A stretch of DNA of 63,109 nucleotides, the filler included, from Octopus bimaculoides (taxonomy: Eukaryota): assembly GCF_001194135.2 (NCBI RefSeq). It is 7 parts of 7 records of this genome, joined end to end, with 100 filler letters (N's around TTAATTAATTAA, not from the genome) between each part and the next. Parts side by side here need not be neighbours in the genome. Positions count along the whole stretch, not along the records: positions 1 to 8,604 come from NC_069003.1; positions 8,705 to 17,132 come from NC_068991.1; 5 more parts are not named here. One strand, written 5' to 3'. A program made the translations under genes and the position numbers. Position 1 is the first letter of the stretch, and each line of letters starts with the position of its first letter. The notes under the pieces were generated by a model, which saw nothing but the letters and a program-made list of their open reading frames with translations, did not search any database and was not told where the DNA came from. This document shows, one piece after another, positions 1-13,210 of this stretch.

Positions 1-579
1 AATAAATGAGTATATGCATATATACGTACATGTATGTACATACCAACATCTACGTGTATATATAGATGCATATCTGGGTACAGGACGTTGCAAACAAAAC
101 ATAGACAAAATGATAAACAGAGTACAGAAAACACACAGGCCACATAGAGAACATTTCCTTCATCAGCTGCCTCCATTCTAACACTGGCGTTTCGAAGAGT
201 TAGGGCAGGACGCATCGTTAAAATGGCTCTTCCCACGGACTACAAATTAAATTTGTACCATGGAGGAATGTAGTGGCGGACAGAAAACAAGACAGGAAAA
301 CGAAACAGTGAGATATATATATATATATATGTTACAGGAACAAATTTATGTACATATTTAAGTAGGCGTGGCTGTGTCATAAGACGTTTGCTTCCCAGCC
401 ACATTGTTCTGGTTTCAGTTCCACTGAGCGGCAACTTAGACGAATGTCTTTTTTAAAACGCTTTTCTGAAAAAGTGAAATAATTCCAGCAATTCAGCTTG
501 AAAAAGTATATTAATGTGCCGAATTTTAAAATTTTCGATAAACTTTAATTCTTGAAATGCTGGCAACTAAACAAATTAG

Positions 580-948
580 ATCCCTTGACTGGTACTTATT
601 TCATCGACCCCGAAAGGATGAAAGGCAAAGTCGACCTCGGCGTAATTCGAACTCAGAACGTAGCAACAGACGAAATACCGCTAAGCATTTCGCCTGACGT
701 ACTAACGATTCTTATTACTTTATTGCCCACAAGGGGGCTAAAACATAGAGGGGACAAACAAGGACAGACAAAGGGATTAAGTCGATTACATCGATTCCAG
801 TGCGTAACTGGTACTTTATTTATCGACCCCGAAAGGATGAAAGGCAAAGTCGACCTCGGCGGAATTTGAACTCAGAACGCAACGGCAGACGAAAAACCGT
901 TAAGCATTTCGCCCGGCGCGCTAACCACTCTGCCAGCACGCCGCCTTT
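580..948 (-). mobile_element. SINE family C dimer
   Basis: One head, body, tail type 1, then a second headless body. Confidence 0.88.
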
Positions 949-1220
949 GGCTTGGTAGTAATAATGGCAAAATACGTATCGGATAATGTAGGCCTTCATC
1001 TGCCGATACAGTCTGGGTGGTCATGGATCGGACGGGCATACTTTTGATCATAGACTTGCTTAATGATATCTGACCGAAGCCTAAACAAATACACTATCAG
1101 AAAAAAATTTTAGAATATATTTGTGTGTGTGTATGTGTGTGTTTGTGTGTGTGTGTGTGTGAGTAGTCACGCATGCATACACACACGTGCACACGTTTTC
1201 ACCTTATATTTTCACAACCC

Positions 1221-1262
<42 letters not shown>

Positions 1263-1671
1263 CACAAACACACACATCCATATAGATACTTACATAGAGA
1301 TAGACTCATACAAGCATACACACAGAATCTATATCACCACACAGTCTTTCCAAACACACACTCTCTCTCTCTCGCCCCCTCCCTCTCTCTCTCTCTCCAT
1401 CTGCTACTCAAGCTTCGCACAAAATAAAAATAACAAACGTTGTGATAACATCCTCCCTCTACCCCCTTGAGAAGTCCCGGGTACATCCATGTTATCATTT
1501 CTTCACCCCTCTTCACCCCTCCTCCATCTTTCATCTGCTGCCTCTTCACCAATTTCTTCACTCTCTCTCATCTTTAAATTAATAGCATTGCTTCCTTAAC
1601 CAAACACACACACACGTACGTATAGAGCGTAAACAAATGAGTATGTGTGTGTGAGTGAGGGGTGCTTTATA

Positions 1672-1709
<38 letters not shown>

Positions 1710-2039
1710 TTGGTAGTGGTAGGTAGATATATGCACATGGATATACATCAATCATTTCTGGTGTCTCTCTCATAAATATATAACAAAAACAAAAGTACTC
1801 TATAGCAATGGAAAATTAGATAAATATATGTATGACATGATATAGTCCTTTAAAGTTAATACAACGTTAATTCTCGACTTTTCTGCTTTGCTGAAATTAC
1901 GCAAGAGATTTTAAAATACTGTATCCACGAAAGTAATCAGTAGAGATTACAATACACACACAAGATTTAAAAGTACAACCAACATATGTGCGTGCATATT
2001 TGTCTATGTGCGCATGTATACATATATTATATATATGCG

Positions 2040-2093
<54 letters not shown>

Positions 2094-2189
2094 GGTTGTA
2101 AACATTAAAATCAGACAAAAGTGGCCGCAAAAAGATGTTAAAGATTTTCTCAATAAAGCTCTACGCGTAAAACGGACATTAGTTAATAA

Positions 2190-2705
2190 TAGGCCGCTTC
2201 GCTTCATGCCCTTGCTTGATAAGGCTGGGTTCATCACAGATTAGTGGTCCCAAAGTTGTTATCATGCGTAGAGCCGAGCATGTCCACTAGTGCTCTCTAT
2301 CGCTGGCGGCCCTGTGCCAGCCCCTCTGCATCCTCTAAAGTGACGATGAGTTTCTGGAGATCTTCCTCCAATCACGTACAACCATTTGTTACAGGGCTTG
2401 GCATGAGGCCACTTCCAGCCTGAGGCTACTGCGTCGAATGAGATTAAAGCCCTGGCAGGATGATCTAGCGGGAGATGGAGGAGATATCCGTACCAGTACA
2501 TGCGATGGATACCCCAAACGTGAGAGGTGTGCGCACACCAGTTCTTCGTTGGGAAGGTGATGGTACCATCTGATGCCCTCGATGGTTCTCAGAGCTCTAT
2601 TAAAGAAGTCATCGATCCTCTTTGCCAGGGACTTCTGGAGGGACAACGTTAATAAATTTGTAGACATCGTCTTGTAAAAATACAAAACCGGATTCACACA
2701 CGTTA
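2190..2705 (-). mobile_element. LINE ORF2 C-terminal remnant (RTE-like)
   Basis: 'KRIDDFFNRALRTIEGIRWYHHLPNEEL' and 'WYGYLLHLPLDHPARALISFD...GWKWPHAKPCNKW'. Confidence 0.8.
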
Positions 2706-2707
2706 AT

Positions 2708-3088
2708 GTTGTTGGCACTCCGTCGCTTACGACGTCGAGGGTTCCAGTTGATCCGATCAATGGAACAGCCTGCTCGTGAAATTAACGTGCAAGTGGCTGA
2801 GCATTCCACAGACACGAGTACTCTTAACGTAGTTCTCGGGGATATTCAGCGTGACACAGTGTGACAAGGCTGACCCTTTGAATTACAGGCACAACAGAAA
2901 CAGGAAGTAAGAGTGAGAGAAAGTTGTGGTGAAAGAGTACAGCAGGGTTCGCCACCATCCCCTGCCGGAGCCTCGTGGAGCTTTAGGTGTTTTCGCTCAA
3001 TAAACACTCACAACGCCCGGTCTGGGAATCGAAACCGCGATCCTATGACCGCGAGTCCGCTGCCCTAACCACTGGGCCATTGCGCCTC
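2708..3088 (-). mobile_element. tRNA-derived SINE family A, full length
   Basis: tRNA-like head (GGAGGCGCAATGGCCCAGTGG...GTTTCGATTCC) and (ACA)n tail; near-identical to 23912-24298 and 58653-59035. Confidence 0.9.
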
Positions 3089-3707
3089 TACTAATTTATT
3101 TATCACACACGCTTATACATGAGATGCAACACTCACTGCATATATCGTTTTACGATAAGAACCAGATGCACGCTGGTTTTAAAATGGATGAATATATCAC
3201 TTTAAAATAAACTCGCAAAGCAGAATACAACCTGTACCACGCCTAACCACAAACTCATAAATAAATACATATTACTATAACACCAAGATGAAAAAAATAT
3301 CCTTATTAAGAATTAAGATAAAACCACAAAACTAACAGGACGTATTTCAGACAACCGATGAAATATACAAATTTCAACGTAAATATGATATCTGGGGAAG
3401 TGCATGAAGAGTAACGGAAAATAAACAAACTTTAGACCAGTTCGAATATGTCTGAGATATATTTGAAACTGTAAAGTTTTTTTTTATAATAGTTTGCCGT
3501 GGAAAAAAATATACTCGTTTAAATACTAAAGATGCCTGAAGTTTTCAGTCAGCATAAAGCACCCTCTATGGACTGGTGGTGGTGGTGGTGGTGGATGATG
3601 GTGGTTTGTAAACTTCAAGGCTCGGAGAGACAATGGATCTGTTCGGTTGCAGTTACAGGCATCGTATATTTTCAATTTTGTTCTAATTGTTTTCAAATTT
3701 GGCCATA

Positions 3708-4089
3708 GGCGTAGGAGTGGCTGTGTGGTAAGTAGCTTGCTTACCAACCAGATGGCTCCAGGTTCCGTCCCACTGCGTGGCACCTTGGGCAAGTGTCTTC
3801 AACTATAACCTCGGGCCGACCAAAGCCTTGTGAGTGGATTTGGTAGACGGAAACTGAAAGAAGCCCGTCGTATATATGTATACGTATATATATATGTGTT
3901 TGTGTGTCTGTGTTTGTCCCCCCAACATCACTTGACAACCAATGCTGGTGTGTTTACGTCCACGTAACTGAGCGGTTCGGCAAAAGAAACCGATAGAATA
4001 ATTACTAGTCTTACAAAAGAATGAGTCGATTTGCTCGACTAAAGGCGGTGCTCCAGCATGGCCGCAGTCAAATGACTGAAACAAATAAA
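3708..4089 (+). mobile_element. tRNA-derived SINE family B, full length, with an internal TA/TG microsatellite
   Basis: Head GGCGTAGGAGTGGCTGTGTGGTAAG...GGTTCCGTCC; tail ...GCCGCAGTCAAATGACTGAAAC. Many copies in the window. Confidence 0.9.
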
Positions 4090-4261
4090 TCGTATCCCGA
4101 TTTAGTTGTGGATGCTAATTATGAAAATGAAATTCATTCTTGCCATGAACTGATGAATAAAAAGTTAACAACTTTTAAAATCGGCAAATATGGGACGATA
4201 ATTTTAGCCAATCGAAAGCCACCATTATACACATGAACGTAAATCTCACATTGGTGTCTCT

Positions 4262-4350
4262 GTTTCCATAGTAACAAGTTGAGTCTTTCACCACCACAAG
4301 TTTTGACGACCGGTATCATTTTGTACATATCTTATGTGTGTCTGCCATTT
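4262..4350. promoter_or_regulatory. Possible RFX X-box and YY1-like motif
   Basis: GTTTCCATAGTAAC at 4262-4275 and GCCATTTT at ~4344. No linked exon found. Confidence 0.25.
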
Positions 4351-5149
4351 TGTGACAGACAGCTATCACGCAGAAAATGCCAGCTTCCGATTATGAAATT
4401 TGAACTTCTGTAACATTTTACTCATTTTTTTTTCGGTGGGGTGGCAGTGATAAATGGATCCAAAATTCTGGATCGGCATGAAAAATTACATTAATGTACT
4501 CAATTTGAATATTTTCACTTGATTTTAAAACTTCGAAATCTGTAACAGAAACCGCAAAGATCCTACACAACTACAGCACTTTCACGTCTGTTTATTATGC
4601 ATTCACAACATTTGCTACACGTTGTAATGCAGTACACAAAATAAAACTGGATAGAAAATTACAAATTGGTAGCACTATGATTTCTACAATTCGACAACAA
4701 CAAAAAATTAATAATAATGAATGCTATAACCAACACGGATAAATCACACATACAATAATATATCCTGATATCGTGACATCTACCAGGATTTACCGTTAGA
4801 TAATTTTCACTCTGGCGTTGATGATTTTATCAGTTACAAAATTATTCCCAAGACCCTTTGTAGCTTATTGCAAAACGCACTTACAAGAAGTTATTACAAC
4901 AGTTCATTTTGAAACTGGGATTGAGAAGTTGAAACAGAAGACTAATTTAGAAGCGGTATTTTTCCAAACTAAACAAAGAACTGATAAGGAATTATGAAAA
5001 AAACATTTAATGAAACGATCAAACGCAAATGTACGATGTTTGAAGGGAAAGCTATTCCCTATTTACCTCAATACGTGTGGGGGGAGGGGGAGTGTTACAT
5101 CAACAATAGATCTGAGGGAAATTGCCTCAGGGGAGCATTCTGCATTCTA

Positions 5150-6560
<1,411 letters not shown>

Positions 6561-6889
6561 CATACATACAGATACATAAATGTATATATACTTACATATT
6601 TATACAAATAAATACATATAGATGTACATACATACAAACGTACATATACATACATACACGCACACACACGTGCGTGTGTTTCTGTTTCCGTCTACCAAAT
6701 CCACTCAACAAGAAGGCTTTGGTTGGCCCGTGGCTATAATCAAAGAGATATTTGCACAAGGTGCGACGCACTAGGATTGAACCCGGAACCATATTGTTGA
6801 GAAGCCTACTTCTTAACACCCACCCGAGCCTGTGCGCACGCACACGCACACACACACACACACATACATATAAAAATATATATATATCT

Positions 6890-7288
6890 TCTTTTATTCG
6901 TTCACTTGTTTCGATCATTTGACTGCAGCCATGCTGGAGCACCGCCTTTAGTCGAACAAATCGATCCCGGGACTTATTCCTTGTAAGCCCAGTACTCATT
7001 CCTTCGGTCTCTTTTGCCGAACCGCTACGCTATGGAGACGTAAACACACCGGCATCGGTTGCCAAGCGATGACGGTGGGACAAACACAGACACACTCACA
7101 TAAATATATATATATATATATATATACGACGGGCTTCTTTCAGTTTTCGTCAACCAAATCCACTAACAAGGTTTTGGTCTCCCCGAAGCTATAGTAGAAG
7201 ACACTTGCCCAAGGCTCCACACAGTTGAAATGAACTCGGAACCATGTGGTTGGGAAGCAAGCTTCTTACCACACAGCCATACCGGCGC
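6890..7288 (-). mobile_element. SINE family B, full length
   Basis: Reverse complement of 3708-4089. Confidence 0.85.
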
Positions 7289-7289
7289 T

Positions 7290-7411
7290 CCATCATTTTA
7301 AATCCGGAGGGACAACGGCTGACACCCGGCCGTCAACGCAGTGATAGCCAAGTTGCTCATGCGCAGGATGAAAAGGAATTCACTGCGGAGAGACTTTTTG
7401 AACACCCTGTA
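7290..7411 (+). mobile_element. Right-end fragment of a Tc1/mariner-like element
   Basis: Ends CTTTTTGAACACCCTGTA, the reverse complement of a TACAGGGTG-type TIR ending in TA. Confidence 0.5.
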
Positions 7412-7699
7412 TAAATAAAGCTAAGAATCTGTTGTTCTCGGTGCTATATTATCTGAATGAAACTAAAAATATCTGTTGAAGAAAAACCACTAAACTGTGT
7501 GAGATGATTCCTCAACTGCCACCCCCTCGTTTACACACAAAACTCAACAACGACCAGAAAACTGTTCGCGGCAAATTGCCAGCTTCGAAATGAATAGATG
7601 GAAGAATTTCGCATCAGGATGTTCATGTCATAATTCACAAGAAAATATGTTTTCTTTTCATCTTTTCTTTTTATATAATTTTTTATCTTTTATCTTTTC

Positions 7700-8395
7700 C
7701 TTGTTTCACTTATTTAGACTTGTGGCCATGTTGGAGCATCGCCTTGAAGGATTTTAAGTAGAACGAATCAGTCCCCTGGGTACGTTTTTTATTGTTGTTG
7801 TTGTTGTTGTTGATTTTCTTTTTGTCTTTGTTTTTTTCACAATCTGGTATTTATTCTATAGGATGATTTTGCCGAACCGGTAAGTTGTGGAGGCGTACAG
7901 AAAACAACACCGGTAAAGGACAAACTCGCGCTCGCGCACGCACACGCACACACATATATGTATGCATACATATACACACTCACATATATACACACACACA
8001 CATATATCCACACGCACAAACAGATATCTACAAATAAACATACACAAATACCTATACACACATACATACACACATATATACATACATGCATACATTACAC
8101 GCATACATACATACATGCATACATATACACGCATATACACATACATACATCCATACATACATACACTCACATATATATGCATATATACATACATACGTAC
8201 ATACATACATTTATACATACAAACACATATGCATACATACATACATACATACGATTGGCCTCCAAACAGCTTCCTTCTACCAAATCCACTCACAAACAAG
8301 GCTTTGGTTGACCCGGGGCTACACACAAACGCCCATCCTCAGGGTGGCACGCAGTTGGACCGAACCTGGAACCATGTGGTTGGAGAAGCAAGCTT
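7700..8395 (-). mobile_element. SINE family B copy inflated by an internal (CATA/TA)n expansion; head interrupted by SINE C
   Basis: Tail at 7700-7920, ~300 bp of microsatellite, head at 8245-8395. Confidence 0.75.
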
Positions 8396-8648
8396 CTTAT
8401 TTCTTTATTGCCCTCAAGGGGCTAAACATGGAGGGGACAAACAAGGACAGACAAAGGGATTGAGTCGATTACATCCACCCCAGTGCATAACTGGTTCTTA
8501 ATTTATCGACCCGTAAGGATGAAAGGCAAAATCGACCTCGGCGGAATTTGAACTCAGAACGTAACGACAGACGAAATACCGCTAAGCATTTCGCCCGGCG
8601 TGCTNNNNNNNNNNNNNNNNNNNNNNNNNNNNNNNNNNNNNNNNNNNN

Positions 8649-8660
8649 TTAATTAATTAA
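8649..8660. other. Artificial TTAATTAATTAA linker inside an N gap (also 17177, 41818, 52983, 56620, 59505)
   Basis: The identical 12-mer sits between N runs six times and gives stops in all six frames; scaffolding artefact. Confidence 0.92.
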
Positions 8661-8751
8661 NNNNNNNNNNNNNNNNNNNNNNNNNNNNNNNNNNNNNNNN
8701 NNNNATGTGTGTGTGTGTGTGTGTGTGTATGTATTTATATTTACCTTGATT

Positions 8752-8823
<72 letters not shown>

Positions 8824-9568
8824 AATCAAAGTAAATAACATCAAACATACGACCAAGAAAGAGCAAGGGACATTCACAATTAATATTATTAGACCGATGC
8901 TCAATGAAGAAAATAAATGTTATAGAGTAAAAATATAACGTTTCGGACATAGTTCTTTGTCGAATACTAGACGAAAATCCAGGACAAATTGGGAAGAAAT
9001 GGAAGAGAAGAAACGAGATAAAAATAGAGATGAGCCACGAAACTCACGTGGTTTGCGAATCTTGACTACTGCTAAAGAACGATTTGGTAAGAGGAAAATT
9101 AATACAGGTATAACTATCAATCAAGGTGAATAAATACTAAAGGAAAAAATAAGGAGAAATAACACAAGATCCATCAAAAACTCCTAGAATGAAAACCTAA
9201 ACACTGGAGTGACTTACTCTCTTTTTAACACTAAATTTCTTTCGATCTTTGTCTCTCCTTCACAGTTAAAACTAAAGAAAATAGAAAATATCGATCATAT
9301 TTGTGTATAATTTTGATTTTAATTTTAAATGACTCTGAGGCTTTCATTTCTTTCCCCCACCTCTATCTCTCTCTTCATTCCTGTTAAGAAAGTAAGAAAA
9401 AGAAAAGAAGAAAAGAAAATCGATCTTATATAATTTCTAAAAGTTTTAAATGAACATAGACCGACTCATTTCATGATCCGAAAGTATGTTGCACTGAGGA
9501 GCTCATAAGAAATGTAAAATAGCGTTGTCTACAACTACTAAGAGACTCTCACTCTAAAAAGACCTCTC

Positions 9569-9629
<61 letters not shown>

Positions 9630-10294
9630 TAATAATCCTTTCTACTATAGGCACACGGCCTGGATTTTTCTGGGGAGGGGAGACAATCGATCACATCAAC
9701 CCTAGTATTTGACTGATACTTAATTTATCGACCCCGAAAGGATGAAAGGCAAAGCTGACCTCAGTGGAATGTCAACTCAGAACGGACGTCTACCAAATCC
9801 ACTCACAAGGCTTTGGTCAGTCCGAGGCTATAGTAGAAAACACTTGGTCAAGGTGCCACGCAGTGTTACTGAACCCGATTGGAGAAATGCTGCTAAGCAT
9901 TTTGCATGGCATTTTAACGATTTTACCAGCATAGTCAGTAACAACAACGGAAGGGCACATACGTTGCTGTTTCTACAAAACACTAAAGTCCCAGCCGTCA
10001 GGATTGTAGATATACTCACCTCATTTTTGGTGTTACCAGTTAATCACTAAGAGAAAGCAGACTTGCTTCCAGTAGTACTACTACCACATCGCCTTGCAAT
10101 GATAAGGATCCCATAGAGTTTGACAGCATAGACAGAAAAAGAACCCAAAGGCGAGAAAATGTACTTGAACTAAAGTTGTCCAAAATGTACAGGGTGGAGT
10201 TTCCTGTGCCATGACAGCAAGGAATGACATGGTTGCTCAGGTTACATTCGTATTTTCTTACTTTCTTACTTATTTACCTATGTCAAGATACATG

Positions 10295-10570
10295 GCCCAG
10301 TGGTTAGAGAGTCGGGATCACAATCATGAGGTAGTGAGTTCGATTCCCGAACTAGGCTATGTGTTGTGTTCTTGAGTAAGACACTTTATTTCACGTTGCT
10401 CCATTTCACTCAGCTGTAGGAAATGAGCTGCGACGTCACTGGTGCCAAGCTGTATCGGCCTTTACCTCTCCCTTGGATAACACCGGTGGCGTGGTGGAGA
10501 TGGACTGTGCCTCGGAGGGGAACTTTCTAGGTGCAATCCTATGGTCATTCATGACCGAAGAGGATCTTCT
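10295..10570 (+). mobile_element. Distinct tRNA-headed SINE (related head at ~50690-50850)
   Basis: TGGCCCAGTGG...GTTCGATTCC head followed by 'TTGAGTAAGACACTTTATTTCACGTTGCTCCA'. Confidence 0.65.
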
Positions 10571-10682
10571 TTGCCCTTTACTTACTTATTTAAGGCCTTT
10601 ACTCCTTGTGGAGCATAGGCCATGGACGACTGTTCTGCACTCTTCTCGACTATGGCCTGTGCTTCCACTCCCAGGTATTATC

Positions 10683-10852
10683 ATTAACGTAGCTGAATAG
10701 GGTGGAGGGGCGGTCGTACCGGGTGGCACTTTTATGGGGGTGGTACCACTTTGGGGTCAGCAATTTTTTTCTTTTTGCATTTTTTTGTGGGGGTCCGGGG
10801 GTAGAAAACTGAAGGGCCGCCCGGGTGGCACACACTCTGTTTTCGCTAGCGG
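10683..10852. mobile_element. GC-rich MITE-like element
   Basis: GC-rich island with degenerate CGTAGCT...GCTAGCG termini and two internal CGGGTGGCAC copies. Confidence 0.45.
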
Positions 10853-10879
10853 GTCTTGTTCCTTTAAAATTATCATCGT

Positions 10880-11095
10880 CGTGTCAGTAACTTTGCTTTC
10901 TTCCCAGGTAGGGGTGTTGCCCTCCTCCACCGCAGACCCATTTCTACCTCTGCGAAGAGGTGATGCATATCAACCTGGTTACTGTTCTTTGACCTGTCCA
11001 GCATGGGATGCCCTACTAGGGGCTTGCGTATCGCTGGCACACCACTCTGGGTCACTAAGACACACAAGCAGCCACACCGAAACAAGGTGTATACT
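10880..11095 (+). mobile_element. Probable RTE-type LINE 5' UTR fragment
   Basis: 'GACCTGTCCAGCATGGGATGCCCTACTAGG...GGGTCACTAAGACACACAAGC...CACCGAAACAAGG' resembles RTE 5' leaders (from recall, not a search). Confidence 0.45.
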
Positions 11096-11448
11096 ATGTG
11101 GGTAAGATTACAATAGGATATCAATTTAAAGACGATTTTGACTGCTATTTCTAGCATGTCCAGTGGCAACATAGTGAGCCGCCGTTGGCATGTCAAGAAA
11201 CCTTGAGTAGTTCATAGTTTATATTTAGTGTCGGAGCCAATTCCGAGAAGTGCTTTTGTTGTAGTTATTCTTAGTATTGTACTGTTGTAGTTCTAGTTTT
11301 AATTTTCACTGTTGTGCTTGGGTATGTACCAGGATGTTTGTTGACCCGCAGCACGTTGTCAGGTTACATTTCTAAGAAATTCAACGATGTCACATTCTCA
11401 GAATAAACAATTCACTGGCTTCCACAAAATAAATAAAAAAAAAGGCAC

Positions 11449-11915
11449 TCATACATACATGGAAGCATACTTACATACATACATACATACAAGCATACAT
11501 ACATGCATATATTGACATACATACATACAAACATACATACATTGACATACATACAAGCATACATACATACATGCATACATACTTACAAACATACATACAT
11601 ACATTAACATACATAGGAGCATACATACAAACATACATACATGCATACATACATACATACATACAAACATGCATACATGCATACATACATACATGCAAAC
11701 AAACATACAAACATACATACATACATTGACATACATACATACATACAAACATACATACATACATTGACATACATACAAGCATACATACAAACATACATGC
11801 ATACATTGACATTCATACATACAAACATACATACATGCATACATGCATACATACATACATACATACATACATACATACATACATACATACATACAAGCAT
11901 ACATGTATTCATTCA
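11449..11915. repeat. Long imperfect (CATA)n microsatellite
   Basis: Direct reading. Confidence 0.95.
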
Positions 11916-12159
11916 TACATAGTCTGAAATAAAAATACATTTTGCACTCAATTTGCACTGTTGGGGGCTCCCTCGACTGTAGATCACAACATCTTTCGTA
12001 GCTTTCAATTTCATTCCCTCCAGTTACACTAGTTAGCATTGATGCTACACGAGAATGTCTCCGTTCTCTTGGCTACACCCTTCTACTCGTTTTGCCCCTC
12101 ATATCCTCTGTTATCCTCTGTTATCCTCTTCTATCACACACAACTATTTAGTTTTACTA

Positions 12160-12843
12160 TATGTTGAGGGTACGTTCTGAGCTCTCAATTTTCTGCATTC
12201 TCAAACATGCCTCAGCCATTTTCACTATGAAACTTTTCTGGCTGTCTTCTTCAGTTCGCCAATCATTACTTTGCTATATTTCCTTGAGACCAATGCTAGC
12301 TATGTATGACATTGCGTGTCTAACAATGAACCTACGATCTCCCACGTTAACTAGACGTAACCATGCACTGCTACCCTCGAACTTCTCATAATTCCTTAAA
12401 TCCTTCATATTTTGCGCCTTTCCTTTCATGTACTCGTTGTCATACTTCCTTCTCAACGCACCGCCTTCAACTCGACAATCAGGACTTTTGTCAGATCAGA
12501 CCATGCAAGAGTAACATTCTCCGAAAAGGCGGGCTGCACTACTAAAAACGTTTTGGCAACTTTTCGCAGACGTGCCATTCAGAAAGTCACGCATATCGCA
12601 GATTGCTCGTGGCTGTATCAGACCATAGTTCACACGGCGCTGTTTCAATTTTCTAAAATAGCTGAACCATACGATCGATTCCTTTACATTTACCAACATC
12701 TTCGGGTCAATAGTTCCTTTCAGATGTTTCATCGGTCCGTTTACGCTCCCACGTTGACCTTTCTTAGAGTCCTTGTAAAAACAATGAAATTTAACTTGAA
12801 CTGAGTTGGCCCTCAATTCATCCAAAAGCTTTGTTATTTGAGT
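12160..12843 (-). pseudogene. Decayed ORF of unknown origin (228 codons, 2 in-frame stops)
   Basis: ORF-track entries 12496..12825 and 12274..12456 share one frame, broken only by TGA (12496-98) and TAG (12274-76). ORFs 12901..13260 and 11449..12039 are also in this frame. Composition is protein-like; no family recognised. Confidence 0.55.
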
Positions 12844-13083
12844 TCATCAGCGAGAAAACTTAAGACGTGATTATGCTACAAAAAGGATGCTGCAAAGGGA
12901 TTATGTGCATGGAACTAAAACGTGGTGTAATAAAGTGTAACTATTGCTCATATGATGGATAATGGACCGCATCACTCCAGCCTCGCAATCTAATATAGGC
13001 AAATCGTTCATCCCTGTTGGGAAGAAACGAAACCTGCTTGGCAAAGAATTACATGTGTAAGTGCATAAATTACATACCAACAC

Positions 13084-13116
<33 letters not shown>

Positions 13117-13134
13117 TGTATGTATGTATGTATG

Positions 13135-13210
<76 letters not shown>

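Noticed and set aside
3708-3780. SINE heads as tRNA genes
   Set aside because: A/B-box-like motifs are present, but there is no complete cloverleaf and each head runs into a SINE body.
12412-12804. Plus-strand 130-aa ORF as the real coding frame
   Set aside because: It is the codon-aligned antisense shadow of the longer minus-strand frame and has more stops on both flanks.
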